Positions 1 through 13,493 are shown, numbered from the stretch's first letter. The stretch: 64,000 nucleotides of DNA from Camelus dromedarius (GCF_036321535.1 NC_087436.1:21454001-21518000); one strand, 5' to 3'. Made by a program: numbers and translations. Notes: a model not told the origin generated them from the sequence alone.

Positions 1-349
1 AAAATATAATGACTTTTCTATACATGTGTACACACACACACATTTTTTAAAAGCTAAATAGAAGTTAGTTCAAGGACTTATTATCTTCAAGGTAAAATTT
101 CACTCACCTGTAGGCCCTTTACCTGGCAAAGTCACTGCCCACAATGTAGTGAAGAAGGGGAACGAGAATAAAGGTAAATGAACATTTCCTATGCGGCCTG
201 GCAATGGCCATGTGCTGTCACATATTATTTCTATCTTCCCGATTAGCAAATAGAAATAGATTAGGCTATTAATGGGTAACTTAAGTAAACAACTTTTAAA
301 TTCTTTCAAATATGCATGAAATAAAAAAATATACTGCAATTGAAACTCT

Positions 350-1400
350 GAAGTTAAGTGATTGAAGGAGTGTGGTACTAGTGCTGGATGGGAAAAGGAC
401 AAACTATTCAAAAGACAGTATAGGAACAATTGGGTATCCATCTGGAAAAAAAATGGAATTGGATAAGATTTTACACTGTCACAAATGCCACAGAGGAATA
501 ATGAGCTAAATGTAAAATACAAAGCTACTAAAGTATTTAAAAGAAAAAAAAGAGGGGGGGGAGGATTTAGAGGAGGAAGGTTTCCTAAAAATTCAGATAC
601 TATAAATGATAAATAGCAGATTTGACTGCATAAAATAAAAAATTGCAAATGAAGCCCTCTACGAATCTGAATCGCACTGACTGGAAGAAAGCATGGTACA
701 AGGGATTATCATCCAGAGTATATATAAATCAGTATGAAAAAGAAAAGGACCCAAGAGAAAGGTGCACAAAGAATAGATTATTTAGAAAAGAAACACAAAT
801 GAACAAAGAAAATTAGAGAGGGAGAAACTGTAATGTTCAGCAATATGCAAATTAAAACAAAAAGATATTTCCCCCAAGACTGGAAAAAATTTTAAAGACT
901 GATTATACCAAGTACTGCCAAAGGTATGGGGTCATAGGTACCCTCATGAATTAGTATGCAAGTACAAATGCTACAGCCTTTCTGGAGAGCAATTTGGCAC
1001 ACCCTATTCAAAGAATATCCTCTATATCTGCATTTGGGCAGACTGCTGTTAATTATGAGCAAAATAACCCAACAGTCATCAATAGGAGTATGGTTAAATA
1101 AATTATGATACACCTGTTTACTCAGAGTAACAGTTCTGTCATTGTCCTAACATGGGACTATTTCCAACACAAATCATTAAAAGATAAAAGTGGCTGGAAA
1201 AGAATATATAAACAAGATTCTTTATAAATATATTTAAAAAAAACCAGTGTTTTTGTACCAGATAAATCTTATCACTATACAAAAAACAGGTCTGGAATAA
1301 TGCATGCAAAGCTTAACAAATTATGTTTGGGAATAGGAATATCTGATTTTTATTTTACGTACTTCCAGATTTTTTTTTTTAACCACAAAGAATTTACTTA
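350..1400 (+). mobile_element. Old L1 (L1M-type) ORF2 3' end / 3' UTR fragment
   Basis: Degenerate L1 hallmarks, e.g. ggaacaattgggtatccatctggaaaaaaa, atgcaaattaaaaca, tctggagagcaatttggca, gtatggttaaataaattatgatac. Confidence 0.7.
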
Positions 1401-2509
1401 TTCCCAAAGAAACAAAATATGCTGTCTGCCTATCCTGAGACACTATATTGGTCACTGTACAGTAAGATGTGCTCTTTGAATTGCTGTTGCCAGTTTTAAC
1501 TGCTGGTTTCTGCTTATTCTAGAGCATCTGTAAAATGAGACTGCTGCATTAGACTATCTCGGGAGGTAAAACACGGATCACTTTAGCTTTATGCTAGGTA
1601 CATTTGCTTGAAAAACAAACAAAAAATCGCAAATACAAATAAATCAAAAGACAAAAGAAAATTAGTAAGCCAAAAGAAAAACCTTTTAGTGTTGCTAGTA
1701 TATTCTGACGCCAGGAAATAAAACTAAACTCTTCATCTTTTAGGTTATGATTCCTCTAGGTAGGCATAAAAACTTACAAAGGCTTGGAACTCAATAAACA
1801 TCTTTGGTCAAATTTCATGAATACTCTATTGGTACTGAAGAGAAAAATTCAACGAGGTTTTTGCCTTCAGGAAAAGTTCATCATTATTTTGTACCTTTAC
1901 AGACTGTATTCACATAGCTAACACCCTCTGATTTTCTATTTGCTTGGCTGCAAAAGAAAGTGAATTTGAAAGTAAATCTGTAAGAAGCAAAGAAACATGT
2001 CTGTTTACACATTTGTTCAGTATCTATCAATTTGGGGTGAAAAGCAGAGCTTAAACTTCTTCAACAGCAACAAAGAAGTTATTGATTTGATAAACAGCAA
2101 AATAACTACAAGCAGAAAAAAACTAAACATGACCACCTCCAGAGATATATAGGTTAAAAAAACCCTACTGTTTAATAGGATAATAAATTAGTACTTGAGA
2201 ACCCTTAAACTCTGTCAAATAAATAATACTCAATCCCTCTGTTACATTAATAAGTATTGTCAGAGTAATTCAAAAGATTCTAAATGCAATATATAATATA
2301 AATATAAAGTAGAATTTATATGTTAACATGTTAAAAGTTCCTGAGCACTAAAAGAAATTTTATTTCTGAATAAGACAATTATATGAAAATACTAATATTG
2401 CTGTCACATATAAGAAGTAACGTGAAGGCAATTCAAGCATCTTACTTTTCATCAGCATACATCAATTTCTACAGTTAAAATGAAAAAGAAAGTTCAAATT
2501 TAAACTTAC

Positions 2510-2703
2510 TCCGTGGCCATAAACAATGCCTGTATAACACTGTTCATATAACAGGTATTCCCTAGATTAATAAGACCAGTTTTCCCAGTTTCAGATTTTC
2601 CAGAAAGTCTAGACAAACAAGATGCCAAAGAATTGGATTGAGAAGTCCAGGCACTTTGATTGAGAATCAATTTAATCTTCTCTTCACTGGGCTTAGGAAA
2701 ATC
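2510..2703 (-). CDS. USP38: USP38 coding exon 6 (194 nt), containing the USP Cys box; gene continues beyond the window
   Basis: Encodes DFPKPSEEKIKLILNQSAWTSQSNSLASCLSRLSGKSETGKTGLINLGNTCYMNSVIQALFMAT(D). The Cys codon at 2553-2551 is codon 454 of the spliced CDS. Acceptor TATAG|G, donor GGA|GTAAGT. Confidence 0.97.
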
Positions 2704-3876
2704 CTATAGATCATAAAGAGGAAAAATAGTGTAAAAATATAAACTATTTTTTGTTATTAATACCATAAAGTAGACTCTTCCACTGATATTTAACTTTTAT
2801 TTTCTCCCACTAAGTTTTGAAATCACTGGTAATACTTGACCAGTTATCAAAAACTGAACCATACTACATGGCAAAAATAATTATCTCTTAAAATGCATTA
2901 AATATCTCTTAATAGTAGAGTTTATCAAGCTGAGGAATACTCAAGAACCAGGAATTCAAGTCTCCTTTGAACTATTTATGTTTCATATTTGCCATCAAAA
3001 TGTTTTCAAAATAGAACTCTGAGATCAATAGATCAGAACTCTGAGATATGTAGTGCTATTCAAAGGCAGCAGAATGAAGACTTAAAATTAGCACACAATT
3101 GAACAAGGTAAACAATTTGCTTTCAAATTTTGTAATGAGGATAAGAAATATCCCCTTTTCATTTACTACTGTTTACCTGCTCTTACGCCTTAGAAATAAA
3201 AGCTCAAAGTAATAAGGGGATGAAAAATGAAAGTTATCTATGCACAATGACCTCTGACTTTAAAAAATAAAACTCAATCTCATGCTTAACCATACAGAAA
3301 ATTATTACAAGATACGGTTTCTTCCCCGCTTCGTGACATATGAGATAAAATTTTAAGTGTAAATGATTTAGATCCAATAACTATACAAAGCTGAAAAACA
3401 AATAAGTTTGCAAATAATTCAAGTAAAGATTCTACAAAATATGGACACTCATGAATAATCCATAGCAAAAATGAAATAAAAAACAGAGAAGTCAAATATT
3501 TTATTAAACTGCCTTTCCTTAATTCTAAGAAGTATCTTACATATTTTAACACTTCTGATATTGGGAAACAACTCTGATGTATGTATTCACTTAATGTAGC
3601 ATTTTTTAAACTGTTTTAATTTAAAGATATGCCTTATAATTATTGGCTTTGTAGAACTGAAGAAATATGGTTATTAATTTAAATTAGTTACAGAAAGTAA
3701 GAAAGAGATTACTCCCTAAAAATTAATGAACCCTGATTCCAATTGCATTTTTCAAACAAAAAACATATTTCCATAAAACAGTCAATTGAAGAGCTGGTCA
3801 TAGGAATGTTTCACGGCGGTCATCTATCACATCACGGGCTGCAGCTCTGCAGACCCCGGTGCAACTATCATCGTAC

Positions 3877-4035
3877 CTTTACTGCTTCCAGGATAGGTTC
3901 GTAGAGATCTGGAAATCCAGAATAGTGATACATCATACAGTGTATCAATTCCGTTAACTGCACTAAGAAGGCTGTACTGGAGGGCAGACCATCACTTTTG
4001 AAGGAGTGAACCAAGTTAACTACATGAGGAACAAT
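3877..4035 (-). CDS. USP38: USP38 coding exon 5 (159 nt)
   Basis: Encodes IVPHVVNLVHSFKSDGLPSSTAFLVQLTELIHCMMYHYSGFPDLYEPILEAVK. Acceptor TTCAG|A, donor AAG|GTACGA. Confidence 0.97.
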
Positions 4036-7000
4036 CTGAACAGAAAAAAAAGACAAACATTCCTCAGTTTACAAAAATGGCAACAAGTTCCGGAAAAGAA
4101 TATATAAATAAGATTCTTTATAAACATATTTTTAAAAAATAGTGTTTTTTAGCCTACAAATGGAATGCAAATGTTACATGATCAGCAAGTGCTTTTTGGT
4201 GTGTTGAGTCACTGCCTTTTTCTAAAAAGTTATGAAGTTAAAAATTTCTAGAATATCAAGGTACATCTAGTTTTTAAGTCAAATGTAATTGTAATTCTAC
4301 CTAAGACCCCTTTCCTCATCCTTACACTCCATCTAAAGCTAGGTACAAACTAACTAAAGCAGAAAATAGGAGCCTTCGTTACTACTGCCGTTCTAATGAT
4401 GCTAGGGCTGTTATATTTACCAGGTTGTTCAAAAGGGACAAACTTTTAAAAGCTAAACCTAGAATTAGCTTAAGAGCTCCATCTAGTGTGAATTTTAGAT
4501 TTTTCACTTTAAAGAGTCATACATACTTTGCACATTAACGTCTACTTCAAGAAAATCTTCAAAATAACTCACACACGTAACTAAAATTACAGCTCAGGCT
4601 ACAGCACTATCTCTATTTTTAGCTAAGGGACTACCTCTATTTTAGGGACGGTGTCTTATCATGGTTATCCTTACTAATGACCCCCATTCTACACTTCCAA
4701 AAAAAAAAAGATGGTTCTAAAAATAAAGTGAATCAGAAACTTCTATTATTTTTAAGGAATTGGGTTAAAAATGAAAGCAAAATGAGGCTAAATGAAATGC
4801 TCACAGCTCATAAATATGTAGAAAACTATTAAAACCGATAATAAGTATAACAACGTCCTTTCATTATAAAATTAGACTAAAAAGTCAATATAGAGCCAAT
4901 CCTATTTGAGGTTATTAACAAAACAAACTTTATTTTGCAGAAATGGCTCATTCCATTGGTACAGTGCTATACTTGTTTCAACTAATTATTAATTATAATC
5001 TGATACTTCATATTTATATTTCACATGTATAAAGCATCTTATTATTTTATATTTGTAGAACTTTGTGTGTAGCAACATGGGAAAATATGTAATGTTAAAT
5101 TTTAAAAGAAGGATACAAAAACTGCACATAGATGACAAATATAAATACAGTCCTGTTAAAATACCTAGGGGAAAAACATCATAATGGAAAACATAAAAAC
5201 TATAGTGTAGTGAGATTATGGATAATTTCATGACATATTGGCCTAACTTCCTGTAGTTAAATAATCTTTCTGTAAAAGTTTAATTTTGTTGTAAATGAAT
5301 TATATGGTTATTGTAAAATAAAAACAAAAACAAAAAACCTAACAATACAAACTTGAATGAAGTGAAAATCTCTGTCTCGTTGTCCACTGAAAGACATTGC
5401 TTGCTATATGTCACACTTCATATAATGTCACATTATATACCACATGTTATTTTTTGTACAAATGTAATCATACCATATATATATACTGCTTGTAATTTTA
5501 TTTCAGCTGACAATCATCTCTTGCCTCAATTCATGCAAAACCTCCCAACTGGTCTCCCTGTTTTCACCCTTCCCCTTCTTCAGACTATTCTCAAAGTACC
5601 CAAATAAACCAAATAAAAGGCAGTGTAGAACTTTTTTTTCTGGTTGCTAACTTGTGATAAAAGTGAAGTGACAGCTCTATGGTCTTATTATCAAACAGCA
5701 ATAACAACAATTAAAGTACTATCCCAGTCAATTCCGTTCCTTCCTGTAAAAAGAAAATCATAATCTTAAATTAACATGGCCATTCTCGATCTACTGTGTC
5801 TGGTTTTACTCTTATGCTTTGAGGTCTTATATCACATTCTAGCTTTTGCACCACTTTCTTTAATCTACCCCCATCAAAGGTATTAATCTGACCATAAAAC
5901 TACAAGTTCCTGAAGGTTCACTCTAGCTCTCATCTCTACATTTCAAAGCAAACCTGAATTATAATTCTTCTCCATAAAGCCATATCTATCAGATACTCTG
6001 TTGCTAAAATAATCAGAAATCCAAAATTATTGTTTCCTCAGAGGTGATGGGAGAAACAGAGATGGAAGAGGAAAGAATTTTTTAAATGATTATTTCATTT
6101 ATAATTCCAAATCTTCTAAAAGCTTTCCTAGTGTAGACTGGATCTCTATGATCAGATAATACATGTAGTTGTCTATAATTACATCTTAAATGGTCAAAAT
6201 TACCACTGATGCAGAAATAAGACTACGTTCTTCATAAGCACACTGATAGACATCCAAGCAGGCTATTAACTTCTAAATGCCTGAAAGTGGAATTTTTTCT
6301 GAAGGAACAAATCTAAATATTTACAAACATTATTGTGATATTCATTAAACTTAAGTTACGATTTGCAAAAATGTGTATAATTTATTTAATTAAAAGCTTT
6401 GATATTTTTTCTTTAGTTTAAAATTTTTTTCCACTTACAAAAAGCATATGAAAAGAAACTTGATCCATAATAACACATGCTATATTACAAATTTTGGTTT
6501 GCTCTAAAATATTCTTACATATATAATATAATGAATAATGATGCTAGTGATTCCAGACTATTGCTCATACTTAGCAGCTCCTAAACCCAAGTCCTTCACT
6601 GAGTTATTTAGAGCTACAGGTGATTTAACTACCACATGACCCACTACTGGATGCCCAAGTTAATTTTAGTTGAGTAGCAGGTCAGGCTATACACAGTATG
6701 TAGACAGCAATTAGGTCTATGTTTTTAGACTTTACTAAGCCAGATTACAATTTTCAATTTTAGATCCAACTCTTCCTTAAATAAATGATTGATATTTGCT
6801 TATTTCAGTAGCCAAATATTTCCAAGTCAACCATTTGCTATTTCAATTACTTTTTTTCCAGGGGGGAAAAAAAAGCAATGCAAGGTAAGGAGATATCTTC
6901 CATCTTTTAAAAACTGAGCAAAGAAACAGGTTTAGAGTATAGCATAAGTGACTAATCAGAGAGCCTAAGGAATGTCCTCAGTGTGGAGAGCAATAAAAGT

Positions 7001-8146
7001 TAGAATGGATGAGTTCCTTCCCAGAAATTCTGAAAATAAACCTTTTCTCAAATAGCCTACACATCATCATGCCTGATGACAGGGACAAAGAGTTGATTTT
7101 TTTTTCCTTGAAAGATTTTGTTAGTATACATGCTATATTAGCTCAAGTTTGAGATTTGTTTGTGTAACAGATATAAGGTTATTAATTAATGTTCAAGCTC
7201 ACCAACTAGGGCAATTAAATGCAGAAATCACTCATGCTAAGTGATACTATATAATGTAATTACTGGTAATTAAGGTTTACTTCTATTGAGCCTGCAGACT
7301 TCCTTCAGTGGAAATAAGGCACTTAGCAGCCTATGTGAGAATAATATTCTAAGGCTAGTGATATGTCTAGCTAACAATCAATATTTGGAATTCTGCACTT
7401 CATCAATCTCCTTTGAATTTGTTTGTGGTGGGCCAGTATTCCTAAAATTTTAACTATGTGGGTATGTTGATAATGAGTTTCCTGTTCTGTAGAACTGAGG
7501 ATCAGACCTTGGAGAAAGTGGGTAACCACATAAAGCACTGCATTCCTGTGACACCCTAGACAGACAAATGGACAGGTTCCCAAAATAACATTGTCATTTC
7601 TCACCTAATGATCTGATAATCAAATAATCAATATCAAATCAAATCAAAACCAGTGATGTAGGTGGTTAAAAGTGGCAGGATTCTAGACATATTTTAAAGG
7701 TGGAATCAACAGGATTTGTAGGATACAGGTTGAGAGAGAATGAAAAGCCCTAATTCTGGGGCAACAAAACAAAGACTGATGTTTTTAAAGTTCTAAAGTA
7801 GCCAGTGGTTTTCAACCATTTTATTTCTACACTATTCACAAGTGCAAAAGACGCTATCTGTGACACTGACATGGGACGTCTCTCATTAAGAAGAGTGGCT
7901 TTCAACTTTCCATTGCTGATTCTGATTGTAAGTGGAGCAGTTTTGGTGAGACCTAGAACATTATGAAAATATACTTTGGAAGGAAATCTCAAAATCTCAA
8001 TTTTGACAGCAACTATAAAGCTACATGAAAACAGTCAGATTTAGGACTAACCTACAGTCTTTTCACAATCAACAAATGTGACTCAATAGTAAACTGAAAT
8101 TTTAAGACAAGGTTTTTCAGCATAGAAAGTGTGTGTCACAACTTAC

Positions 8147-8248
8147 CAAGTGGAACGCCTCTGGCGAATGCTGGAAGCTCAGCAGCATGTGAGAAAGAAC
8201 TGCAAGAGCACCGGGTCTCACAAGAGGAAACCAAAGACGATTGAAAAC
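8147..8248 (-). CDS. USP38: USP38 coding exon 4 (102 nt)
   Basis: Encodes VFNRLWFPLVRPGALAVLSHMLLSFQHSPEAFHL. Acceptor TTTCCTGAAG|G, donor TTG|GTAAGT. Confidence 0.97.
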
Positions 8249-8523
8249 CTTCAGGAAAGACAAGACATCCACTTTAAGAGTCAGCAGGGAATCATTTACC
8301 CAACTGGTGGTTATTTTCCTAGGGCCAAAAATTATTTATGTGAATATCCCCCTTCCTGGAAAGTTCTATCATAACAAATGTTATTAAACTCTGGGAGAGG
8401 GAGACAGTTGGGAAATAATGACAGAGATCAAGGGAATATAGTGACTTAACCAACTCTTAAAACCCCCTGATCAAATAAGAAACTCAAACCATGTTTACAA
8501 GGTAATAAGCTCCCCAGCCCATT

Positions 8524-10195
8524 ATTCAGTCAATTCATTCAGATATTTATCGAGCACCACTATTGCTCAGCACTGTTCTGGGCAGGCAACAGTAGATAAA
8601 AAAAGAAATCTCTGATCTTACAGGGCTTACGGTCTAGAGGGTGGGTAAAGATAATAAAAAGTAACATGGGAGAGAGCTGCTGTGAAAGCAGGGCATGTTG
8701 CGTAGGGAATGCTGACTGGCAAAAACGTCTGCTATTTCATACAGGGAATCTAAAAAATGCCTCATGAAAAAGGTGGTATTTGGCTATTAAAAAACTGAAA
8801 GGAATGAGAATAAGTCTGACAGATGGCTGATAAGCAGGAAAAGGCCCAGCACTGCAGAAGCCGAGGCCTCCAGCCTGGTGGACTAGAGAGATAACAGCAA
8901 GGGCAGGGTAAGTAAAGCGCAGAGACTGAGGCAATCATAGTGGGAGAATGGATGAGAGAAGTAGCAATGGGCCAGATCATACAGGACCTCGAGGGACACC
9001 TGAGGGGACCAAGAGCAGGAAGGCTACAGCAATCAATACAGCAAGGGATGATGATGACTTTAGACCAGGGCGGTAGTGATGTAGCCGGTTAAAAGTGGTA
9101 AGATTCGGGATATATTTTAAAGGCGGAGTCAATAAGATGTGTAAGATATGGGCTGGGAGAGAATGAAAAGAAACAAGGAAACTTCAAGGTTTTTGGCCTG
9201 AGCAAGAGGAAGGATGGAATATTCATTTACGATGGGGAAGACCAGGTCTTGGAGAGAAAAATCAGGGGTTAAGATTATGGATAAGTTGAATTTGAAACCC
9301 AAGTATAGAAAGTTGTAGGAATACTATTCAGCCATAAAAACTGACAACATAACGCCATTTGCAGCAACATGGATGCTCCTGGAGAATGTCATTCTAAGTG
9401 AATTAAGCCAGAAAGAGAAAGAAAAATACCATATGAGATTGCTCATATGTGGAATCTAAAAAAATAAAATAAAATAAATACAAAACAGAAACAGACTCAT
9501 AGACATAGAATACAAACTTGTGGTTGCCAAGGGGGTGAGGGGTGGGAAGGGACAGACTGGGATTTCAAAATGTAGACTAGATAAACAAGATTATACTGTA
9601 TAGCACAGGGAAATATATACAAGATCTTGTGGTAGCTCACAGTGAAAAAAAATGTGACAATGAATATATGTATGTTCATGTATAACTGAAAAATTGTGCT
9701 CTACACTGGAATTTGACACAACATTGTAAAATGACTATAACTCAATAAAAAAATGTTAAAAAGTATAGAAAGTTATATACATGAATATGGAGTCCATGGA
9801 ATAATAATGGATGAGAAACATAAACTTTGCAGTCATTATCTTAGAGCTGTTATTTAAAGCCATGGATGGCTGTGAGTATGGACTGAGAAGAAAGTGAACC
9901 AGAGATAAAAGTTTAAGGCACTCTAAAGGTAGGAAGACCCACTACAGAAGCCTGAGAAGCCAGTGAACCAGGACAAAAACTAGGAAAGTATAATGTCCTG
10001 GAAACTAAGTGAGGTAGGTGTTTCAGTAGGGAGTGATCAACTATGTCAAGTGACTGAAAGGTTAAGTGAGAGGAGGCCTGAGAAATAGCTCCCGAGTTAT
10101 GCAACACTGGAAAGCATTGGTGTCAAAGACAGTTTTGACAGAATAATGGTGGTAAAAGCTTGATTCGCTGAGATTCAAGAGATAACGGGAGGAAT
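8524..10195 (-). mobile_element. L2 LINE fragment (3' end at left), interrupted by a younger L1
   Basis: attcattcagatatttatcgagcacc...cactgttctggg is the reverse complement of the L2 3' terminus. The purine-rich L2 body continues to about 10.2 kb. Confidence 0.75.
9315..9760 (+). mobile_element. Young 5'-truncated L1 (ORF2 tail plus 3' UTR) with perfect 14-bp TSD
   Basis: L1 3' sequence (ggaatactattcagccataaaaa...ccatttgcagcaacatggatg), then AATAAA and an A tail. TSD AAGTATAGAAAGTT at 9301-9314 and 9761-9774. Confidence 0.93.
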
Positions 10196-10414
10196 GTGTT
10201 TTCATATTAAATATTTGAAAACAGCAAAATTAATTACCTAATCTTAAGCAGCGTTCTAAATTTCTAAAGCTCATTCAGAATTATTATTCAAAAGAACAAA
10301 AACAAGAACATATTCAAAATTAGAAGCTTTAAAGGGGACAATTGAAAGATAAAGATAAAAAGATTGACTATATTAACCTACACATTCTAAATAAATTTAT
10401 ATATTCCCACTTAC

Positions 10415-10544
10415 CAGTTCTATTTTCAGTAAAGTAACATCTATCAAAATAGTAAACTTCTGGACAGCTGCCAGTCCTTTCAGGAGTGCAATCACCCATG
10501 TGTCTACGTGCTGAGCCAATGGCCAGGACAGCCAGTCAATCATT
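10415..10544 (-). CDS. USP38: USP38 coding exon 3 (130 nt)
   Basis: Encodes MIDWLSWPLAQHVDTWVIALLKGLAAVQKFTILIDVTLLKIEL. Acceptor TTCAG|A, donor CTG|GTAAGT. Cumulative CDS is 948 nt (phase 0). Confidence 0.97.
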
Positions 10545-11314
10545 CTGAAAATTGAAGGAAAATGAAACTATCAGCATTGAAAACATCTTCAACATTATTT
10601 AATTAGGAATAAAAAGAATTACAGTAGATACTCACTTTGTGACTCAATATTTACTGAGCTTGCTTGTGAAAAGCACTATTGAAGACGTAGAAATGAGAAT
10701 AATAGGTGCTTACACTCAGAGTTTCTAATCTTGTAAGCTGACAGTTTCTTATACAACATATTTGCATAAAGATTTCTCTGATAAGCTATCATTTTGCATA
10801 AACACAAAGTTTAACATTTATGCTATATAGTGGTATCAAGAATTTATTAGGCAAATTTACTCTAATAAGAACAGTTTAAATACAACTATCTTAACTAAGA
10901 CACATGGATATGAACCACAATTTCTCCTTGCTAGCAACTGCAGTCTAAATATGAAATGCACTGTTTAAAAAGACTGTATTTTGAATTGTGAAACAGGTCT
11001 CTTCATCTCTTTCAAAATCCTACTATACAAAGACAAAAGAAATTTTAAATAGATAAAAGGGCACTGAATGTGTAAATATCAAAACGGTCTCATTTTGTAT
11101 TAATGAGTGTGTTTCTTTTTGAGTACCAACCCAGTTTAATGGAAATAAAGATAAAATAATATGGGGTGTGATGGAGACTGTCCCAAAGGTTAGACCTCAA
11201 CCACAATGAAGAAGACTGGTACAACTCTTCTGGAGAGCACTTGGGCCAAATGTTCTTATTCTTTGATCCAGAAATCCAATTTTGGCAAATATATAATTTA
11301 AAAAACTAGTAAAA

Positions 11315-11500
11315 AGAACTCAAGTTTTTAAAGTCAGAGTGATCTGGTTTAAAAATCTCAATTCACCATTTAATAGCTGGGGGATCCTAAATACTTATAT
11401 AAGTTATTTAACTTCTTTGCACCTCAGTTCATCATCTGTAGATTACAGATAAACATGCTTATTTTACAGGGCCGATGTAAAGGTTAAACACATTAATATA
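11315..11500 (+). mobile_element. MIR SINE
   Basis: MIR core-like aagttatttaacttctttgcacctcagttcatcatctgta. Confidence 0.65.
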
Positions 11501-12637
11501 TGACACTGGAAATACTCACAGTGAATGTCTCTCTTCCACCAAGAGGTAATACCTTGATCGTATGAAACATCAAATATAAATACTGAGTACATAAACACAT
11601 GACCAAAAGAGCAACTAACATGTTAAAAGGACTGACTTTCCTACTGATAGTTATAAACAATCTACATTAACACTGGAGGGTTATCTTTATTAAGGTTTTT
11701 GCTCTTAAGATTAAAATTTTCCATTAGATACTAAGAGTGGTTCCAAAGTCCAAACACATTTTAACTGCAGGTTATCTGTGTGTTCCCTCTGTTCCTTACA
11801 CACATTGTCTTTCCCTGCTTGTCTTTCTGGCCATCTTCTTCCAATAGTGATGGTTATAAGTCATTAAAGTAGTCCCTGACAACTGTTCCACATCTTCCAT
11901 CTGTTGTTAGTCTGGTTTTCATAAGTCTGTGGCCACATTACATACATGGAGTAGAAAGTAGAGATATTTGCATTTGTGTACAAAGGGTATATTCACTGTA
12001 GCACTCCGTATTATACAGAAAAAAAATACAAATTATCTAAAAGCCCCCCATAAGGAAATGGCTAAATATACTATAGTATTGTTATTATGGAATATGACGT
12101 AGAGTTTTAAAGAATGAGATAGATCAATATGAATAACTCCATGGGGATCTAATATAGAGAGCTGAGATATTCTTAAATTAAAAAAGAAAAAAATCCATAA
12201 ATCTTTTTAAAACTGTTTTTTTGTTTGTTTGTAACATGTGAGTACATACTATACATTTTTTTAGTGTAAATATTCACAGGAAAAAAGATGTGGTTTAGAG
12301 GAGGAGTATATGTGAACACACCTCTTTGGCTCTCTGGACTCTGGCCCGTAGGGAGCGAAGTTCCAGAGCAGCAGCAGACTGGGCTTCCTAGCGCACAGGG
12401 CCCAAGGCCAGGACTCCCTCTGGCTCAGGCCTAAGGGGAGTATTAGTAAAGAGTGAGGGGGCAGAGTAGAAAATTCCACTTGGCCATGGCTTTTTAATTT
12501 TCCCCCATCACCCAAAAAGCCTTTTCCTCCTCCCCATTTCTGGCTTCCCCTCTCATAAGCCTCTATTCTTTACCTTACCCCACATATACTCAATCTTCTG
12601 ACCAATCTAAAGATACTTTAAGTCAGAAGTAACATGA

Positions 12638-12766
12638 GGGGGAGGAAATAGCTCAAGTGGTAGAGCCCATGCCTAGAATGCACAAGGTCCTGGGTTCAAT
12701 GGCCAGTACATCCTCTAAAATACATAAACCTAATTACCTCCCTCCCCTCAGCCAAAAAAAAAAAAA
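12638..12766 (+). mobile_element. tRNA-Ala-derived camelid SINE (vic-1 type)
   Basis: Pol III A box TAGCTCAAGTGG, B box GGTTCAAT, then taattacctccc segment and poly(A). TSD AAGTAACA[T/G]GA at 12627-12637 and 12767-12777. Confidence 0.9.
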
Positions 12767-13327
12767 AAGTAACAGGAATAGAAGCCAGTTGTTCAAAAAT
12801 ATTTGAGTGTCTATTATATAACAGGTACTGTGTTAAGTGCTAAGAATATTAGTAATACAGGGTTTCTGTCCTCAGATTGATAAGAAAAGTTAGGAAATTT
12901 ATCAACAGTCACACAATTAATAAGCAGCAGTACTGGTATCTGAACTAAGCTCTGCTGGTGTATAACATAATACTTTTGGCTACACTTGAGTTACATTCCA
13001 GTTTTGCTTCACTTTGATTGGACTTGCATATGCCCCAAACCTCTCAGGCGTAAGCGCTGTAGAATGAGTTATATTTATGATTAACTATGGTAATCTTATC
13101 CACCATGTATTGGCTACATTGTGAATTTTAAGGACACATAACCCTGATATGCTGATAGTTCTAAATGTTCTTTAAATAGTAAGAAATTAAATGTAGTTGT
13201 AATAAATTTTGTTTCTTCCATTAAATTGTGAGCTTAAGACAGCAATCTTGTTTTCTTAAAATCTTTATTCTTTGATTGGCACTGAAATGGAGCTCAAATT
13301 TGTTGAATAAATGAAACCATTTCTCAA

Positions 13328-13434
13328 GGTCGGAGGGTATAGCTCAGTGGTTGAGTGCGTGCTTAGCGTGTATGAGGTCATGGGTTCAATCCCCAATACC
13401 TCCATTGAAACAAACAAACCTAATCATCCCCCTC

Positions 13435-13482
<48 letters not shown>

Positions 13483-13493
13483 AACAGCAAAAA
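13328..13493 (+). mobile_element. tRNA-Ala-derived camelid SINE with (CA)n in its tail
   Basis: A and B boxes present. TSD GAA[A/G]CCATTTCTC at 13313-13325 and 13494-13506. Confidence 0.9.
13438..13478. repeat. (CA)~20 microsatellite
   Basis: Uninterrupted AC/CA run inside the SINE tail. Confidence 0.97.

Noticed and set aside
100..648. 182-aa minus-strand ORF
   Set aside because: Largely the antisense reading of an A-rich L1 fragment; F/L-rich composition with no recognisable domain; not USP38 exon 7.
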